Assembly: GCF_041146345.1 (NCBI RefSeq)
Contig: NW_027191414.1
Location: forward strand, 868,001-932,000
Source: Neodothiora populina
Taxonomy: Eukaryota
DNA length: 64,000 nucleotides
Direction of reading: 5' to 3'
Within the stretch, counting starts at the first letter, position 1. The number at the start of each line of letters is the position of its first letter. The notes beneath the pieces are model-generated. The model saw nothing but the letters and a program-made list of their open reading frames with translations. It did not search any database and was not told where the DNA came from. This document shows positions 1 to 11,219 of the stretch, one piece after another. The translations under genes were made by a program, and so were the position numbers.

Positions 1-766
1 CTGGGCTATCGACACTGCTGCAACAGACACTGCATATGATTTCCGAACTCCGCACCGGTATCCTCTTAAGGTCTTCTCATGCGTGGATTGCCACTATGTG
101 TATCTTTCAAGCTAGAAGAACTCATACGGCCGAGGTGAGCTTCCATTGTAGAACCTGCATCTACAGCCTGATTCCATTAGTGAAGTGGGGGAGTAGCTTG
201 TGAGCTAATTACCATATTCAGCATGTTGGCATTGACTTGAACTTGGTGCTTTTCATGAGAATGGAGACTTGTTGCACTTTCACTGGGGAACGATCTTAGT
301 CATTAGATTTGGAGCTTTCAGTTATCGATGTGTTTTAATGATAGTCATGTGTGTCTAAGTGTGAGGTCAATGGTGGGATATATACTTACTAGATAATGTT
401 TATGTTCTTTTGATTGCTCATGGGTTTAGGTAGGACGTGGTGTCTGTCCAATATGTTACCTTTCTCATAAGTCTAAAATATACCGAGAGCACTCGCGATA
501 TGTGCTCAACAAGCAACAATCCAACTCCGATTGCAAAGAAAGTCAAGAACTTTTTCATCTATATGCTCCTCGTGCTCTTTCTAGCCCCTATCGCTACTTT
601 GTGGCGGGTCCAGACGAGGAAGACATATCACAATAAGGCTGTTGAAGTAGTCTTTGTTGGAAAGACTTCAGACATACAATACGCAATCTTGTTGAAGGAT
701 TACGCCTGATGTCCAATGGCGACGCTTAACAAGCAAATACCTGCCTGAAGAGCTAGAGAACCCAAC

Positions 767-2092
767 CTACTGCATGCCTTTGGACATCTGAGCAGCACTA
801 GCACCTGTAACGCCCCATGCTGTGTTGTTAGTAGTAGCCAAAGCCCAGAGATTTATGAAACCATGAAGATAACTGAACGCAATCATGAGAGGCATCCATA
901 GCAGGTCACCAGGGTGGCGACAAAAGTGAGGAATGATCTTGTGGACTTTGGTAAACAGGACAAATGCAGTCCAAGGCAGATAGACGTACTGAGAGAACAT
1001 TCCGTCGTCGATGAGTGCGAGCAAAGCCTTATGAAGAAGGAAAGTAAGCATAACGTCAACCAAGAGAGCGGGAGTCTGGAATTGCCCAACGTATATAGCG
1101 TACAATGACCAAGTGTGGGTCTTCCACCAGTAGTCAGTTGACGACATGACGCGAAAGTTTCCTCGCCAGTGACCTCGGGCCCAGCGTAAGCATTGGTTCA
1201 TATAACCACTGAAGTCGGTCTCGAGGGTGGTCTCGATCAGCGCATCGGGGTGGAATTGAAGCTTGATCTTCCAGCCTTGAACGAAAGTCCAGCGGGTCAA
1301 ATTCTTGTCGTCGTCGTGATTCCTTGCATTGGAGAAGTAATCGAAAAACAGATCACTTTTGAGGATCTCGGCACGATACATGCTGGTTCTACCACTGAGG
1401 GTAGACAAGGCTCCATCCATATATTGGGTTGCGGCGGTGTTATAATTGCGGCGAAGAATGTAGCAAATGCCGAGGAAGTGATACAACCCAGAAGCTATAC
1501 CGACCGAGGAGGCCTCACGGGTGACACGCTGCTTAGGTCCAGCAGCACCGACGGTAGGGTCTTCGAAACATGCCAGCATAGTCGGCAGGAACTTTGGGTT
1601 GAGCCATTGCACGTCATCATCGGCAAAGCAAACAATTCGACCAGTAACGTGATTCTTGAGGGCTTCGATCATCTGATTCTTCTTGTTGAGTATCTCGACA
1701 CCACCAAGCTGAATGTATGGAGCAATGCCAGCCACAGCCAAGTGGTTGCTGACTTCAGCTAATTTCTGGACACTTGTGATGACGATCACTTCTTTGGGTG
1801 AGCAGGCAAGTATGTTGTTCAGACAGCGGATGTGCTCTGGAGGATTGCTGAACTTGGTAGGTACAACGACAGATACATCACTCGAAGCGAAGTGAGGACG
1901 ATGCGGGAGCTGGTCAGCAGAGAAGTGATAGTAAGCATAGATGCTAACGAAAGTGCGGACATGACGAAACAAAAATGCGACGATAAAGACAGCCTGCCAA
2001 CAGTTTGTGGTTGCATCCTCAGAAAGGAAGTACATCGCTGCGATCAACGAGATGAGGAAGGCGCAACAGAGAATGGAGAGACGAGCGAGCAT
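767..2092 (-). CDS. Processive glycosyltransferase family 2 (CPS1/hyaluronan-synthase-like polysaccharide synthase), intronless
   Basis: GT2 motifs FADDDV, LSGRTSMYR, DDDKNLT and QCLRW (QxxRW), with N- and C-terminal TM segments. First ATG at 2092 (MLARLSIL). Confidence 0.85.
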   Translation of the reverse strand: MLARLSILCCAFLISLIAAMYFLSEDATTNCWQAVFIVAFLFRHVRTFVSIYAYYHFSADQLPHRPHFASSDVSVVVPTKFSNPPEHIRCLNNILACSPKEVIVITSVQKLAEVSNHLAVAGIAPYIQLGGVEILNKKNQMIEALKNHVTGRIVCFADDDVQWLNPKFLPTMLACFEDPTVGAAGPKQRVTREASSVGIASGLYHFLGICYILRRNYNTAATQYMDGALSTLSGRTSMYRAEILKSDLFFDYFSNARNHDDDKNLTRWTFVQGWKIKLQFHPDALIETTLETDFSGYMNQCLRWARGHWRGNFRVMSSTDYWWKTHTWSLYAIYVGQFQTPALLVDVMLTFLLHKALLALIDDGMFSQYVYLPWTAFVLFTKVHKIIPHFCRHPGDLLWMPLMIAFSYLHGFINLWALATTNNTAWGVTGASAAQMSKGMQ

Positions 2093-3123
2093 GTTGGAAT
2101 GATCCGTGTAAGCGAGTGTAAGTATCAACAATTGGTACGTAGTCAGTCAACCAAGTCTGTTTCTCCAGGAAACAGCTGTGATCAGCTAAGATGCGTACTA
2201 AACGTTGGTGTTGTTATAAAAAAAAGGAAATTCACTTATGCTAGTGGTCGAGGTGCAATATATACCTGCCATCGAGGGCATCGATTTGATACTCACCTCT
2301 TTCAATTATGGTAGCGTTCTTTCACTTTCATTGTTGGGCCGACAGTGATTATGGGCTTTCTTTGGGCCTTTGTGCTACATGCTTTGAGTCTTAAGAACGG
2401 TTGGGAGAGAGACGTGGAAGTTGAGACTTTTGTGGACAATGCACTTGTACGTCTTATCATCCCCCTTTCCGAGAATAAAGTAGACGTCTTTGTTGCCAGG
2501 CTGGTTCGCGACGTATGATGAAAGGATGCTCCAGGGAATAGCACAAGACAAAAAGGACATGACAAAGGACCGAGTCGGTCTTCTGTATTGGAGTAGCATA
2601 CATTGTACAATCAACAATCTGCTTAAGCCAGGGATTGATGGTTAGACTCGGCTAATCGACTCGTTGACATTTAGGATCCGAAGAAATCCATCATGGCGAA
2701 TTGTCCCTCAGTGCAGTCTCTATAAGGTATGAGTAGTCCTTAGATGGGGCATGATTCTACAGGTCCCCAGGAAGTAGGTATATGTCAGTAGACCACGACC
2801 GACAGGGATGACGCCTCTCTTAAGGTCGAAGAATAGGGGGCCCATAAGTCAACCTGCCCATCACTTGACCATACGCGGAGGTATATCTTCTTGAGGCCAG
2901 GGATCAACGAAAGTCATAGAGAATAAGTTTACTGGCTGTCGTTGTCGTTATAAGCTACAGTCAAACGATGACAGCTGGGTTACGAGTCGCACTAACAATT
3001 GGAGGATTTAAGTCATGCTTTTAAGTCCGGTCGGTGAATCTTGCGCACGTGTGTTCCATCATCGCCTATACAACTTTCTCCCTCTCACTTACCTACCTTA
3101 CGCATCTGCCTATACGCTGTGTG

Positions 3124-3152
3124 TCAGCGTCAGCGTCAGCGTCAGCGTCAGC
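3124..3152. repeat. (CAGCGT)n microsatellite just upstream of the ATG at 3161
   Basis: Tandem hexamer visible in sequence. Confidence 0.9.
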
Positions 3153-3160
3153 AAAAGAAG

Positions 3161-4234
3161 ATGGCAAAGAAAGACAAGGGCGGCAAAAGCGGCAGCAGCA
3201 AAGCCATTGCTTCACAGGATGCAGCAACAGCGGGAAAAGGCAAAGGCACACCACCGCCTCCCTTTTCCAAAGCCTCCTCAAACCTGCAACCCTTCCTCGA
3301 CGAGCTAGACAGAGAACGGGCATACATCATCCACATCGACGCCTTCCCAGTCGACTTCAAGCGGCGCATCTTCGCGGTTCCAGTCGCGCTGAACATCACC
3401 ATCGCCGCGCTGCTGATCTGGCGTCTCTACGTCGCCGTGCCCTTCTACCTCGCCATCTTCGCCCATCTGGTCGGCTACATCAGCCCCGCGACCGTCGACA
3501 CCACCGCGCACACGACTCGCCAACTCATCTGGATCCTGCTGAAGCGGTCGGCGACGTTGCTCTTCGACTTCATCACTTTCCGCTTCGTGGGCCCCTGGCC
3601 AATCACTTTCTTGCTCGAGGCGCCGGGGAACCCATGTCTGTGGCGATGGAAGATCGGGTTTCGCCCGCAGGAGATCGCAGTCAGAGTCAGCCGGGGTTGG
3701 GGCACGGAAGAGCTGATGGAAGGCGTCAAGAGCGGCGAGGGGAGCCCCTTTTTCCAGACTCGCGTGCTGCCGGCCATCGAGAAGAAATACATGCGTCAGA
3801 AGACTGCGTATCTGATGATGGGCAAGGACTGGGATCTGGACTTTGCTCTGATGGTGTACGCGCATCAATTGGTCGACAAGAAGACGCTGGCGCTCGAGGA
3901 CTTCAGGAAGACCGTGTTGGCGTATAGTGAGGAGTATGGATGGTTGAGCTGGCAGGTGTGGAAGCTGGACGAAGAGGGCGCCGAGGAAGACACAAGAAAA
4001 CGAATCGTCGCGCTCAATGAAAAACTCACCGCCATGGGCAAGGAGAGCTTGTTTTTCAGATGGATTGAGATTGTGCAGTACGAGAGCAGTCGGCCGGACT
4101 TCAATGCTGAAAGGCAAAAGACTATGCTCAGACAGGTGGAGAAATTGTTCGAGGACCAAGGAGTCAATTTCCGAGAGCTCATTGAGAGCGTGGGTGGAGT
4201 CGAGGGTATGCCAGGACTTGACCCCGTGAGTTGA
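3161..4234 (+). CDS. Hypothetical membrane protein (two predicted TM segments), 357 aa
   Basis: Long ORF from ATG 3161 (MAKKDKGG) with strong GC3 codon bias and hydrophobic stretches. No family recognised. Confidence 0.8.
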   Translation: MAKKDKGGKSGSSKAIASQDAATAGKGKGTPPPPFSKASSNLQPFLDELDRERAYIIHIDAFPVDFKRRIFAVPVALNITIAALLIWRLYVAVPFYLAIFAHLVGYISPATVDTTAHTTRQLIWILLKRSATLLFDFITFRFVGPWPITFLLEAPGNPCLWRWKIGFRPQEIAVRVSRGWGTEELMEGVKSGEGSPFFQTRVLPAIEKKYMRQKTAYLMMGKDWDLDFALMVYAHQLVDKKTLALEDFRKTVLAYSEEYGWLSWQVWKLDEEGAEEDTRKRIVALNEKLTAMGKESLFFRWIEIVQYESSRPDFNAERQKTMLRQVEKLFEDQGVNFRELIESVGGVEGMPGLDPVS

Positions 4235-4403
4235 GGGCGTTGTTCTATACTTTCGTGTGGTAGTAGTAAAAAACTAGAAATCTATGAACAAAAACCTATC
4301 ATGTCTAAAAGGCTCAAGTGTCCCGTGTCATTCGCAGGGCCGGCCATCTTTTCGAAACCATCAAATGGATACTTTTTGCTTGTCATTTCTCATACACAAA
4401 AAT

Positions 4404-5984
4404 CTAAAGCTTCTCTCTACCCTCGACCAAGAACATGGTGCTGCCACTACCGGGCTTGCTTACCACAACGGCGTCGGCCATCTTCTCGGCGCTGAGATCG
4501 GGGAAATGCTTCTTGTAGTACTTCTCCTGCCAGGCCTTCTTGACGGCTTCGACCTTGTCCTGCGGGACAAGATGTACAGAGCATCCACCCCATCCGGCAC
4601 CGGTGAGTCTGCTGCCATAGGCGCCCGCAGACCGCGCGAGCTGACACAGCTCGTCCAACTCCGGACACGAGCATTCGTAGACATCGCGGCACGAGGTTTG
4701 GGTCTCGTTGAGGAGATCGCCCAGACCCTGCATGAGCTGCTTGCTGGCCTCTTCGGAGTTAGGGTTTGGTGATTCGAGAATGTCCATGAACAAAAGCACC
4801 CGGATGGCTTCTTGGTAGACGTGCATGGCTCGCTGCCTCAGCTTGAAGCGCTCCGCCCGCACCGGGAACTTGGTCATGAACTTCTCCTCTAGCTCCTTGA
4901 CGTCCACTCCGGTGAGCTCGGATATCTGCTCGCGAGTGTAGCCCTCTTCTTGGTCGAGGTATTGGTCAACGATGTGCACCATCCTCTCCAGCTGGTCCTT
5001 GTGGATCTGCTCGGTGGTCTTGCCGGCCTGGTCGTCATCTCCCTTGAGCTTGAAGAATGCGTCCTGAAAGCCACGAAGAGAGACACCGAGGGGCGCCGAG
5101 TCCTGTGGTAGGCCGTCCTTGATGCCGCAGATCTTCGCAAGTACGAGCGCCGCAAGAGTGCACTCTACCACGCGAAGGTTGTAGCATACAGGAGCTGTGA
5201 CGTGCTTGTCCGCTGCGACGAAGGACTGTGCGATGACGAAAGTAAGAGGCGTATGGGTCTTGGGGAAGGTGATGGTCTTTGCAGCGAGCTCCGGCAGGAA
5301 CGAGACGTATAATGCGGATCCACGCTGAGAGAACACAGATGCTGACTGGTCCATTCCACCAGAGTTGACACCCACCGCACGCTCAGACACAACAGCCACT
5401 TCCACAAGCTCCTTCTTGTCGACCTTCTCCACGCCGTGCGCCTTCATCACAGCCAAAGCACTTGCGCAGACGAAAGCTGCACTACTAGAAAGACCGCCGC
5501 CACTGGGCACAGTGCCGTCGACAAGGATATCCATGCTCACTTGTCCGGTGCCAGAAGTGCCCTGCTTTTGCAACAACTCGGTTGCGCCTCGCATGCCAGA
5601 CTTGAAGTAATTGGTCCACTCATGTGATTGTGCATCAATGTCCACCTTGCCATCTTTACCGACCTCGAACTCTCTAGCTGGGAATTTGTCGTCTAGCACA
5701 TTGGCGATTCTGACCTTGGGCGAGCCATTGTCCACGGGCGAGATTGCAACAGCGATGAGGACATCGGCCGTCACAGCCATGGGAATCACCTCGTACAGCG
5801 AATAATCAATGTGCTCGCCAATAAGATTGACTCTTCCTGGACTCCGCGAGACGAACTCCGCCGGGCGGCCATATCGCTGCTTGAAGGCTGCTAATAGCTT
5901 GCTCCAGCGTGTGTTTTGTGTCTCAATCGCATCGGCGGGGTAGATGTCCTCGAGGGACTTGGTGACTGGTACGTTTCCAGCCAT
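4404..5984 (-). CDS. GAL1: Galactokinase (GHMP kinase)
   Basis: PGRVNLIGEHIDY, PSGGGLSSSAA, GGMDQ and GSRLTGAGWGG motifs. ATG at 5984. Confidence 0.97.
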   Translation of the reverse strand: MAGNVPVTKSLEDIYPADAIETQNTRWSKLLAAFKQRYGRPAEFVSRSPGRVNLIGEHIDYSLYEVIPMAVTADVLIAVAISPVDNGSPKVRIANVLDDKFPAREFEVGKDGKVDIDAQSHEWTNYFKSGMRGATELLQKQGTSGTGQVSMDILVDGTVPSGGGLSSSAAFVCASALAVMKAHGVEKVDKKELVEVAVVSERAVGVNSGGMDQSASVFSQRGSALYVSFLPELAAKTITFPKTHTPLTFVIAQSFVAADKHVTAPVCYNLRVVECTLAALVLAKICGIKDGLPQDSAPLGVSLRGFQDAFFKLKGDDDQAGKTTEQIHKDQLERMVHIVDQYLDQEEGYTREQISELTGVDVKELEEKFMTKFPVRAERFKLRQRAMHVYQEAIRVLLFMDILESPNPNSEEASKQLMQGLGDLLNETQTSCRDVYECSCPELDELCQLARSAGAYGSRLTGAGWGGCSVHLVPQDKVEAVKKAWQEKYYKKHFPDLSAEKMADAVVVSKPGSGSTMFLVEGREKL

Positions 5985-6109
5985 GTTGTGTCTTGTCACT
6001 GATGGATTGTTGGAAACTGGTCTGCGACTTGCCTTGAAGTGTGGAAGACAGCTGGTTCAGTAATCCGGATAATATATCAAAATTGGTCACGGCTTATTAC
6101 GCAGTCTAG

Positions 6110-6122
6110 GTGGGGAGTGGAG
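6110..6122. promoter_or_regulatory. Two adjacent SYGGRG (CreA/Mig1-type) sites upstream of galactokinase
   Basis: GTGGGG at 6110 and GTGGAG at 6117, about 130 nt upstream of the ATG. The motif is short, so chance is possible. Confidence 0.35.
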
Positions 6123-6919
6123 AGACACCATGGAGGGGCTAGGGTTACAGTGTGTATGGAGTAACTCCACACTTTTCCATGTCATGGATCCCAAACCATC
6201 CACATCAGGAAGGTAATTGCCCGATATCATCCGCGAACACATGACTTTGACCATGGGCATAGAATGCTGTTGAGAAACATGGAGCGGAAAATTGATACGC
6301 GCTCTTGTGATTGTATCGCGAACTGATGTGGTGTGTGTCTTGCTAATCAATTATTGCAAAAGTCATGCCAAATGCCTCAGCCGCTGTACACGCCTACTTT
6401 ACCTACCGTACCTTATTCAAGGATCTCCGGATCAACGTCTTGGTTGCGAGGGGGGAGGACTGTACGACGGTACGTGCGTAACAAGACCATGCAATGGACG
6501 CTTGCAACAATCACGGCGAGGGCCGCAACGAGGTTTGCACGAGAGTGTGGTGCTATACCCAAAGGTGCCACTTCACGCGGAACACAAGAGGGATGAAAAC
6601 ACTGGCACACACACATCCATGTAACGGGAAAGTGATGACTTTCGTGGCTGACAGGCAGCGTGATCCTTTGCTCAACATATATCTTATATCCCAATGCATC
6701 ATTCCATCCACCATTTACCTTAACCCAAAGCCTAGCATTTACAAATACCGCCCTTGCGTGAATGCCGCTCATTCAGAAAGGGCCACCGCTGCGCCTAGCC
6801 CAGCTGCGCGAGACGGAGTTCATATAAGACAAGGCGAAGAACAGGAGGAAGAAAAGCCTTTTTTTTGGTCATAGAACAATGCCAGCCGAGTAATCCCATT
6901 CCATAATTCCAGAACGCCA

Positions 6920-9900
6920 TTAGTGGTAGTTGCCTCCCCAACCGCCACGTGCATAAGCATTTCCATAAGTGTTTCCAAATCCAGAGTATCCACCGTATGC
7001 GCCTTGTTGGTGTCCGGAGCCACCGAGACCGCCGAGTGCATACTGGCTGCCCTGAGAGCCAAAGCCGGGGTAGGCACCGAATCCTTGCTGGTGGCTCTGA
7101 GGAGGTGGCAGAGCCGAAGACGGGGCAGTCTGGCCACCGACACTGTTGGTAGCAGATTCGGGACGGCCAGGCTGTCCAAGAGCTGGAGATGGGCCGCCAG
7201 TCTTAGCATCGCCGAATGGCTTCAGGTCATCCGTCGCCGCAGATTGCTGCATGGTCTGCTGCTGACCATAACCTTGGGACTGTCCCTGAAATCCAGACTG
7301 CCCGCGACCAAAAGGCTCTGTCATGCCGCTGAATCCACCACTGGACAGCTGCGAGGGCTGTGCCGAGGAGCGACCATAGTCACCGAGACCGCTACCAAGT
7401 GCACTGTCACGAGAGGCCATGGAAGTCTGGCCGAAACCCCCGACAGTTGCAGGAGAGGATTCGTAGGTCGAAGGTGGGTTCATACCGTAACCCTGAGGCT
7501 GTCCGTAGACAGCACCTTTGCCACCAAAGGGTGCTCCTCCATATCCAACCTGGCCAGTAAAACCGAACTGGTTCTGGTATGCGGCATGGTAAGGGCTGTT
7601 GTAGTAAGGGTGGCCGTAGGGGTATCCGGCGTAGCCAGTCTGGTGCTGAGGCTGCTGGTGCATCTGATGAGCCGGAGCGGCAGCTTGCTGTTGGCCGCTC
7701 ATCGAAGGGTTTGGTGTGTTGTGACCAGAGCCTGGAGCGTCGCCGTAGCGCGATTGTGACTGTCGTTCTCGTTAGAATAACGTCCACACTACGATGTATA
7801 AGACAAAGTAAATTGTGACAAACCTGTTGGGGACCTTGCGCCGAGGGGAAACTCGAGTCACCTGGCGCAGATCCGAATCCGCTGCTGGATCGCTGCTGGA
7901 GACCACTGGCGTCCTGGCTCTGCGAAGTCTGCTGGCCGTAAGCGCTACCGTAGTAGTTTTGGTATGCGTTTCTTTGCTGGTCTGCAGTGTAGTAGTGAGA
8001 GTAGTCCGATGGGGCGGACGAGAAGGCACCGAAGCCCTGCTGTTGCTGTTGCTGCTGTTGCTGCTGAGCCGAAGGCTGGCTTGTGTATTGATCGAACGCA
8101 GTCGATGGGGCCTGGTGACTGAAAGGATCGAACGGCTTCTGAGCAACCGGCTCAGGCTGCTGACCATAGCGAGCATATGGGCTGTATGATTGGCCAGGCT
8201 GGCTTGCCTCCTGGGGTAGCGAAGAGAGGCCAGGGGCGTCTTGCTGAGCGAAGGGCTGCTGGCTCGGAGGAGGGAGACCAGGGGCTTGTCTGGGAGTAGG
8301 AACGTTCTCCTGGATTGATGTCTCGTGGGACAGGGCCTGTTGTCTGGGAGCCGGAGGCAACGAAGCTCTGGGCTGCGAAGGCGGTGATTGTTGAGGCTGA
8401 GTGCGGGTCTCAGGCTCTTCTCTCTCGTCATCAACATCAAGGTTCACTGCGTCCCCGTTTAGGCCTAGGCTGCCGAACTGCACGGCAGCGCGGTCGACTG
8501 CGTTGTGACCGGGCATGACGACGGCTTCCTGCTGCTCAAGAACTCTGCGCTGATAGCTTGCGCTACGGCCAGGGGTGGCTGCAGCACGGTATGCACTGGT
8601 CTGGAACCCACCAGCGGGAGGACGGCCGATTGGAAGCTGAGGAGTGATGACGCGCGGATCCATTGATCCAGCGGTGCTTGCTGCTGTCAAAGTAGCGGGG
8701 GGATGAGAAACATCGGGCAAGTTCTCGAGGTTATCTTCGGTCAAGGGGATGTGAGAAGGAGCAAGGGAGGATGCGTCTTGCACTGTGTTGGGCTTGGTAG
8801 GTTCTTCCGCAGGCTCAACGGGCGTCTCGACTTGGACGGCTGGCGCCACCGGCTCCGTGGGCTCTTCTTCCTTGGGAGCTTGAGCTTGGGGTTCCGCTTG
8901 CTGTGTCTCCTCGACAGGTGCCGCGGGAGCAGCGACAGGTTCCTGGGGAGCCGGAACTTCCTCTTGCTTTGCCAACTCAGCTGGCTTGGGCGGTGGCACA
9001 ACGGGCTGTTTGGGGACGACAGGCACTGGTGCAGGCTTCGGCTTTGCGAACATGCTGGCCCAGGTCTTCTTAGCTCCACCGTCCGGGATTAGGGTACTCT
9101 TGGTAGCCTCAGAAGCGGCGGCAGGTGTCGACTCTGCGGTGACGACGCTGCCCCATGCGCCCTGCTCATTAGTGTGATCCGCGGTAGTGGTAGTGGTAGC
9201 GGGGGTCTCTGTAGTGGTCGGGGTCTCAGTGGCAGCAGCCGCAGCAGGAGCTGTGGCATTGATATTCCAGGGATTGGTCGGTGTAGAAGTCGCAGGAGCG
9301 GATGATTCCCAAGCGTTGGTAGGGGCGGTGGTGCTCGAGGCAGCAGTAGTAGCGGGGGCAGGTGTGTCCCAAGCAGTAGATTCGGTGGTGGGGACAGAGA
9401 TGCCAGAGCTGTCCTTAGCAGCAGCAGCGTCGGTAGGAGCATGACCGCCACGTGCGCCACGGAAGCCTCCACGACCACGATCGGCACCTCCACGGCCTCT
9501 GCCTCCACGAACACTCTCATAGCCACCTCTTCCACGACCGCCGCGCACTGGAGTGCTGAATTGGTCGGTGCCAGTAGTGGCAGGCGCGTCCTTTGCCTTG
9601 GATCTGGATCTGTCTTTCGGCTTCTTCACGTCGCTGAATTGCGAAACGTTGCCTGTGTGTGTTCAGCGAGATGAGAAGACGAAAAATTGGAGTGCAGATG
9701 TGTTGCGAAGATTGCGGCATGGAGGCGGCGCATATCGACCACGCAGAAGCAGCAAGGACTGGCAAGTCGGATGAAGCAGCGCAAGGTGTCAAGTGATGGG
9801 TGGCAGTCAGACGTAGGATGTATTTCGCAAGGGATGAACAACAAAGCATGCTACAACGTGCAAACGAGAAGCGACATACCGGCAACAATTCTCTCAATGG

Positions 9901-10189
9901 TCGCTTCGATATCTCCATCTGCCTCTTCCAGAGCAAATACAAGATCAAAGTCGGTCCAGTCTGGAAAGACATCTCTCACCATGGCCAACTCAGAAGCGTA
10001 TTTCTTCTTCATGTCGCCAAGTTCGCCTTGCTCATCAAGGGGCTCTTCGATTTGCACATCCTTTGATGTTCCGTTCGTAGATCTGTGGGCGACGGATCGG
10101 GGACCTCCTCTGGTGTGACCTCCTCGACCTCCTCTGGTAGAGCTCCTGCCCCGTGACGACGGAGTCGTTCTGGCATCGATTTCTGACAT
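6920..10189 (-). CDS. DEF1: CUE-domain RNA polymerase II degradation factor; exons 10189-9880, 9652-7824, 7759-6920
   Basis: N-terminal CUE domain (FPDWTDFDLVFALEEADGDIEATIERI), RGG region, TWASMF motif, Q/G/Y-rich C-terminus. Two GT-AG introns keep the frame. Confidence 0.85.
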
Positions 10190-11219
10190 GATATGGTATT
10201 TGGCTGCCCACACAGGACAGAGTGGAGATGTGTGTTTGCGATGTAGATAGCAAATAAAAGAAAAGCAGAGCTTGAATTGGGGGAGAGAAAAACAGACAGG
10301 AAGGGGGAGTGTGATTGTCGGCAGTGGTGGTGGGTTGTACGAGCAGTGTAAAGGCAGGTACGAGGTGAACTGCAGTGCAAGGTTCAGTTCAGTTCACGAC
10401 AGAGCAAGCGAAGATGACGACGAAGCTTGAGCCTTGGAGCCTTTCAGACTTGACTCTGGAGCTTTTGGACAGCACAGGAGCTTCTTTCGCTTCGAACGCT
10501 TCCAACACAAACGGGGGAGCGAGAGCGCCAAGTATCTTCAAGTCTCAGTAAAGTATACCTCTGTAGGTCAAGGGAGAGTCTAATCTTCCGCGCCGACAGG
10601 GATGCAAGCGCTGTGCAGCCAATTGAACTTGGTCCTCGAAGATGGAGATCTCTACGGGTGGAACTAGGCTGATATCTGGCGTGTACTCCTGCAAGTGATC
10701 TGATAAAATGATAAACTGCGTGCTAGGATACACAATAGCAGAAGCTGAGGCATTCGATTGCTGTGATCCGCAGACCCTCTTGCCGCACTTGTACCGGCAC
10801 AATCCACCTCCTGCCCCAGTTTGGCCACAGTCACATGTCAGGACACGCCAAGACATATTGCCCCCTTCCCTTTTGTCCAGGTACAACTCTGGCCAGCCAC
10901 CAGAGTACCGCCATTATCAACGTGCGATACAATATATTGCCTTTGGTTCGAGGTGTATTTGTGAGACTGAGCTCGGGTATCTCCCCGACCAACAAACACT
11001 ACTGCTCTCATCGCTGACCCTGTCCGGACTCGCTGTTCCTCACAAACCTTACTCTCCTCGTCCGAGACACGATATTGCACCTTGCCTACCTGCCACTCTG
11101 ACATCACCAATCACCAATCACTGGCTACACGTACAACATCCACCGTCTGTGTTGTGCCATAGCAATACCTTTTCACATCATCGACCACAAATAATCATCC
11201 GTATATATTGTCCACAATC

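Noticed and set aside
1..720. Possible gene end or transposon relic at the window start, and ORF 437-709
   Set aside because: No recognisable protein similarity, terminal repeats or ATG-led gene model.
4404..4420. Galactokinase C-terminal EKL as a peroxisomal PTS1
   Set aside because: An acidic residue at -3 does not fit the PTS1 consensus.
6000..6900. Gal4 sites or a GAL1-GAL7-GAL10 cluster
   Set aside because: No CGG-N11-CCG seen, and no other Leloir genes in the window.
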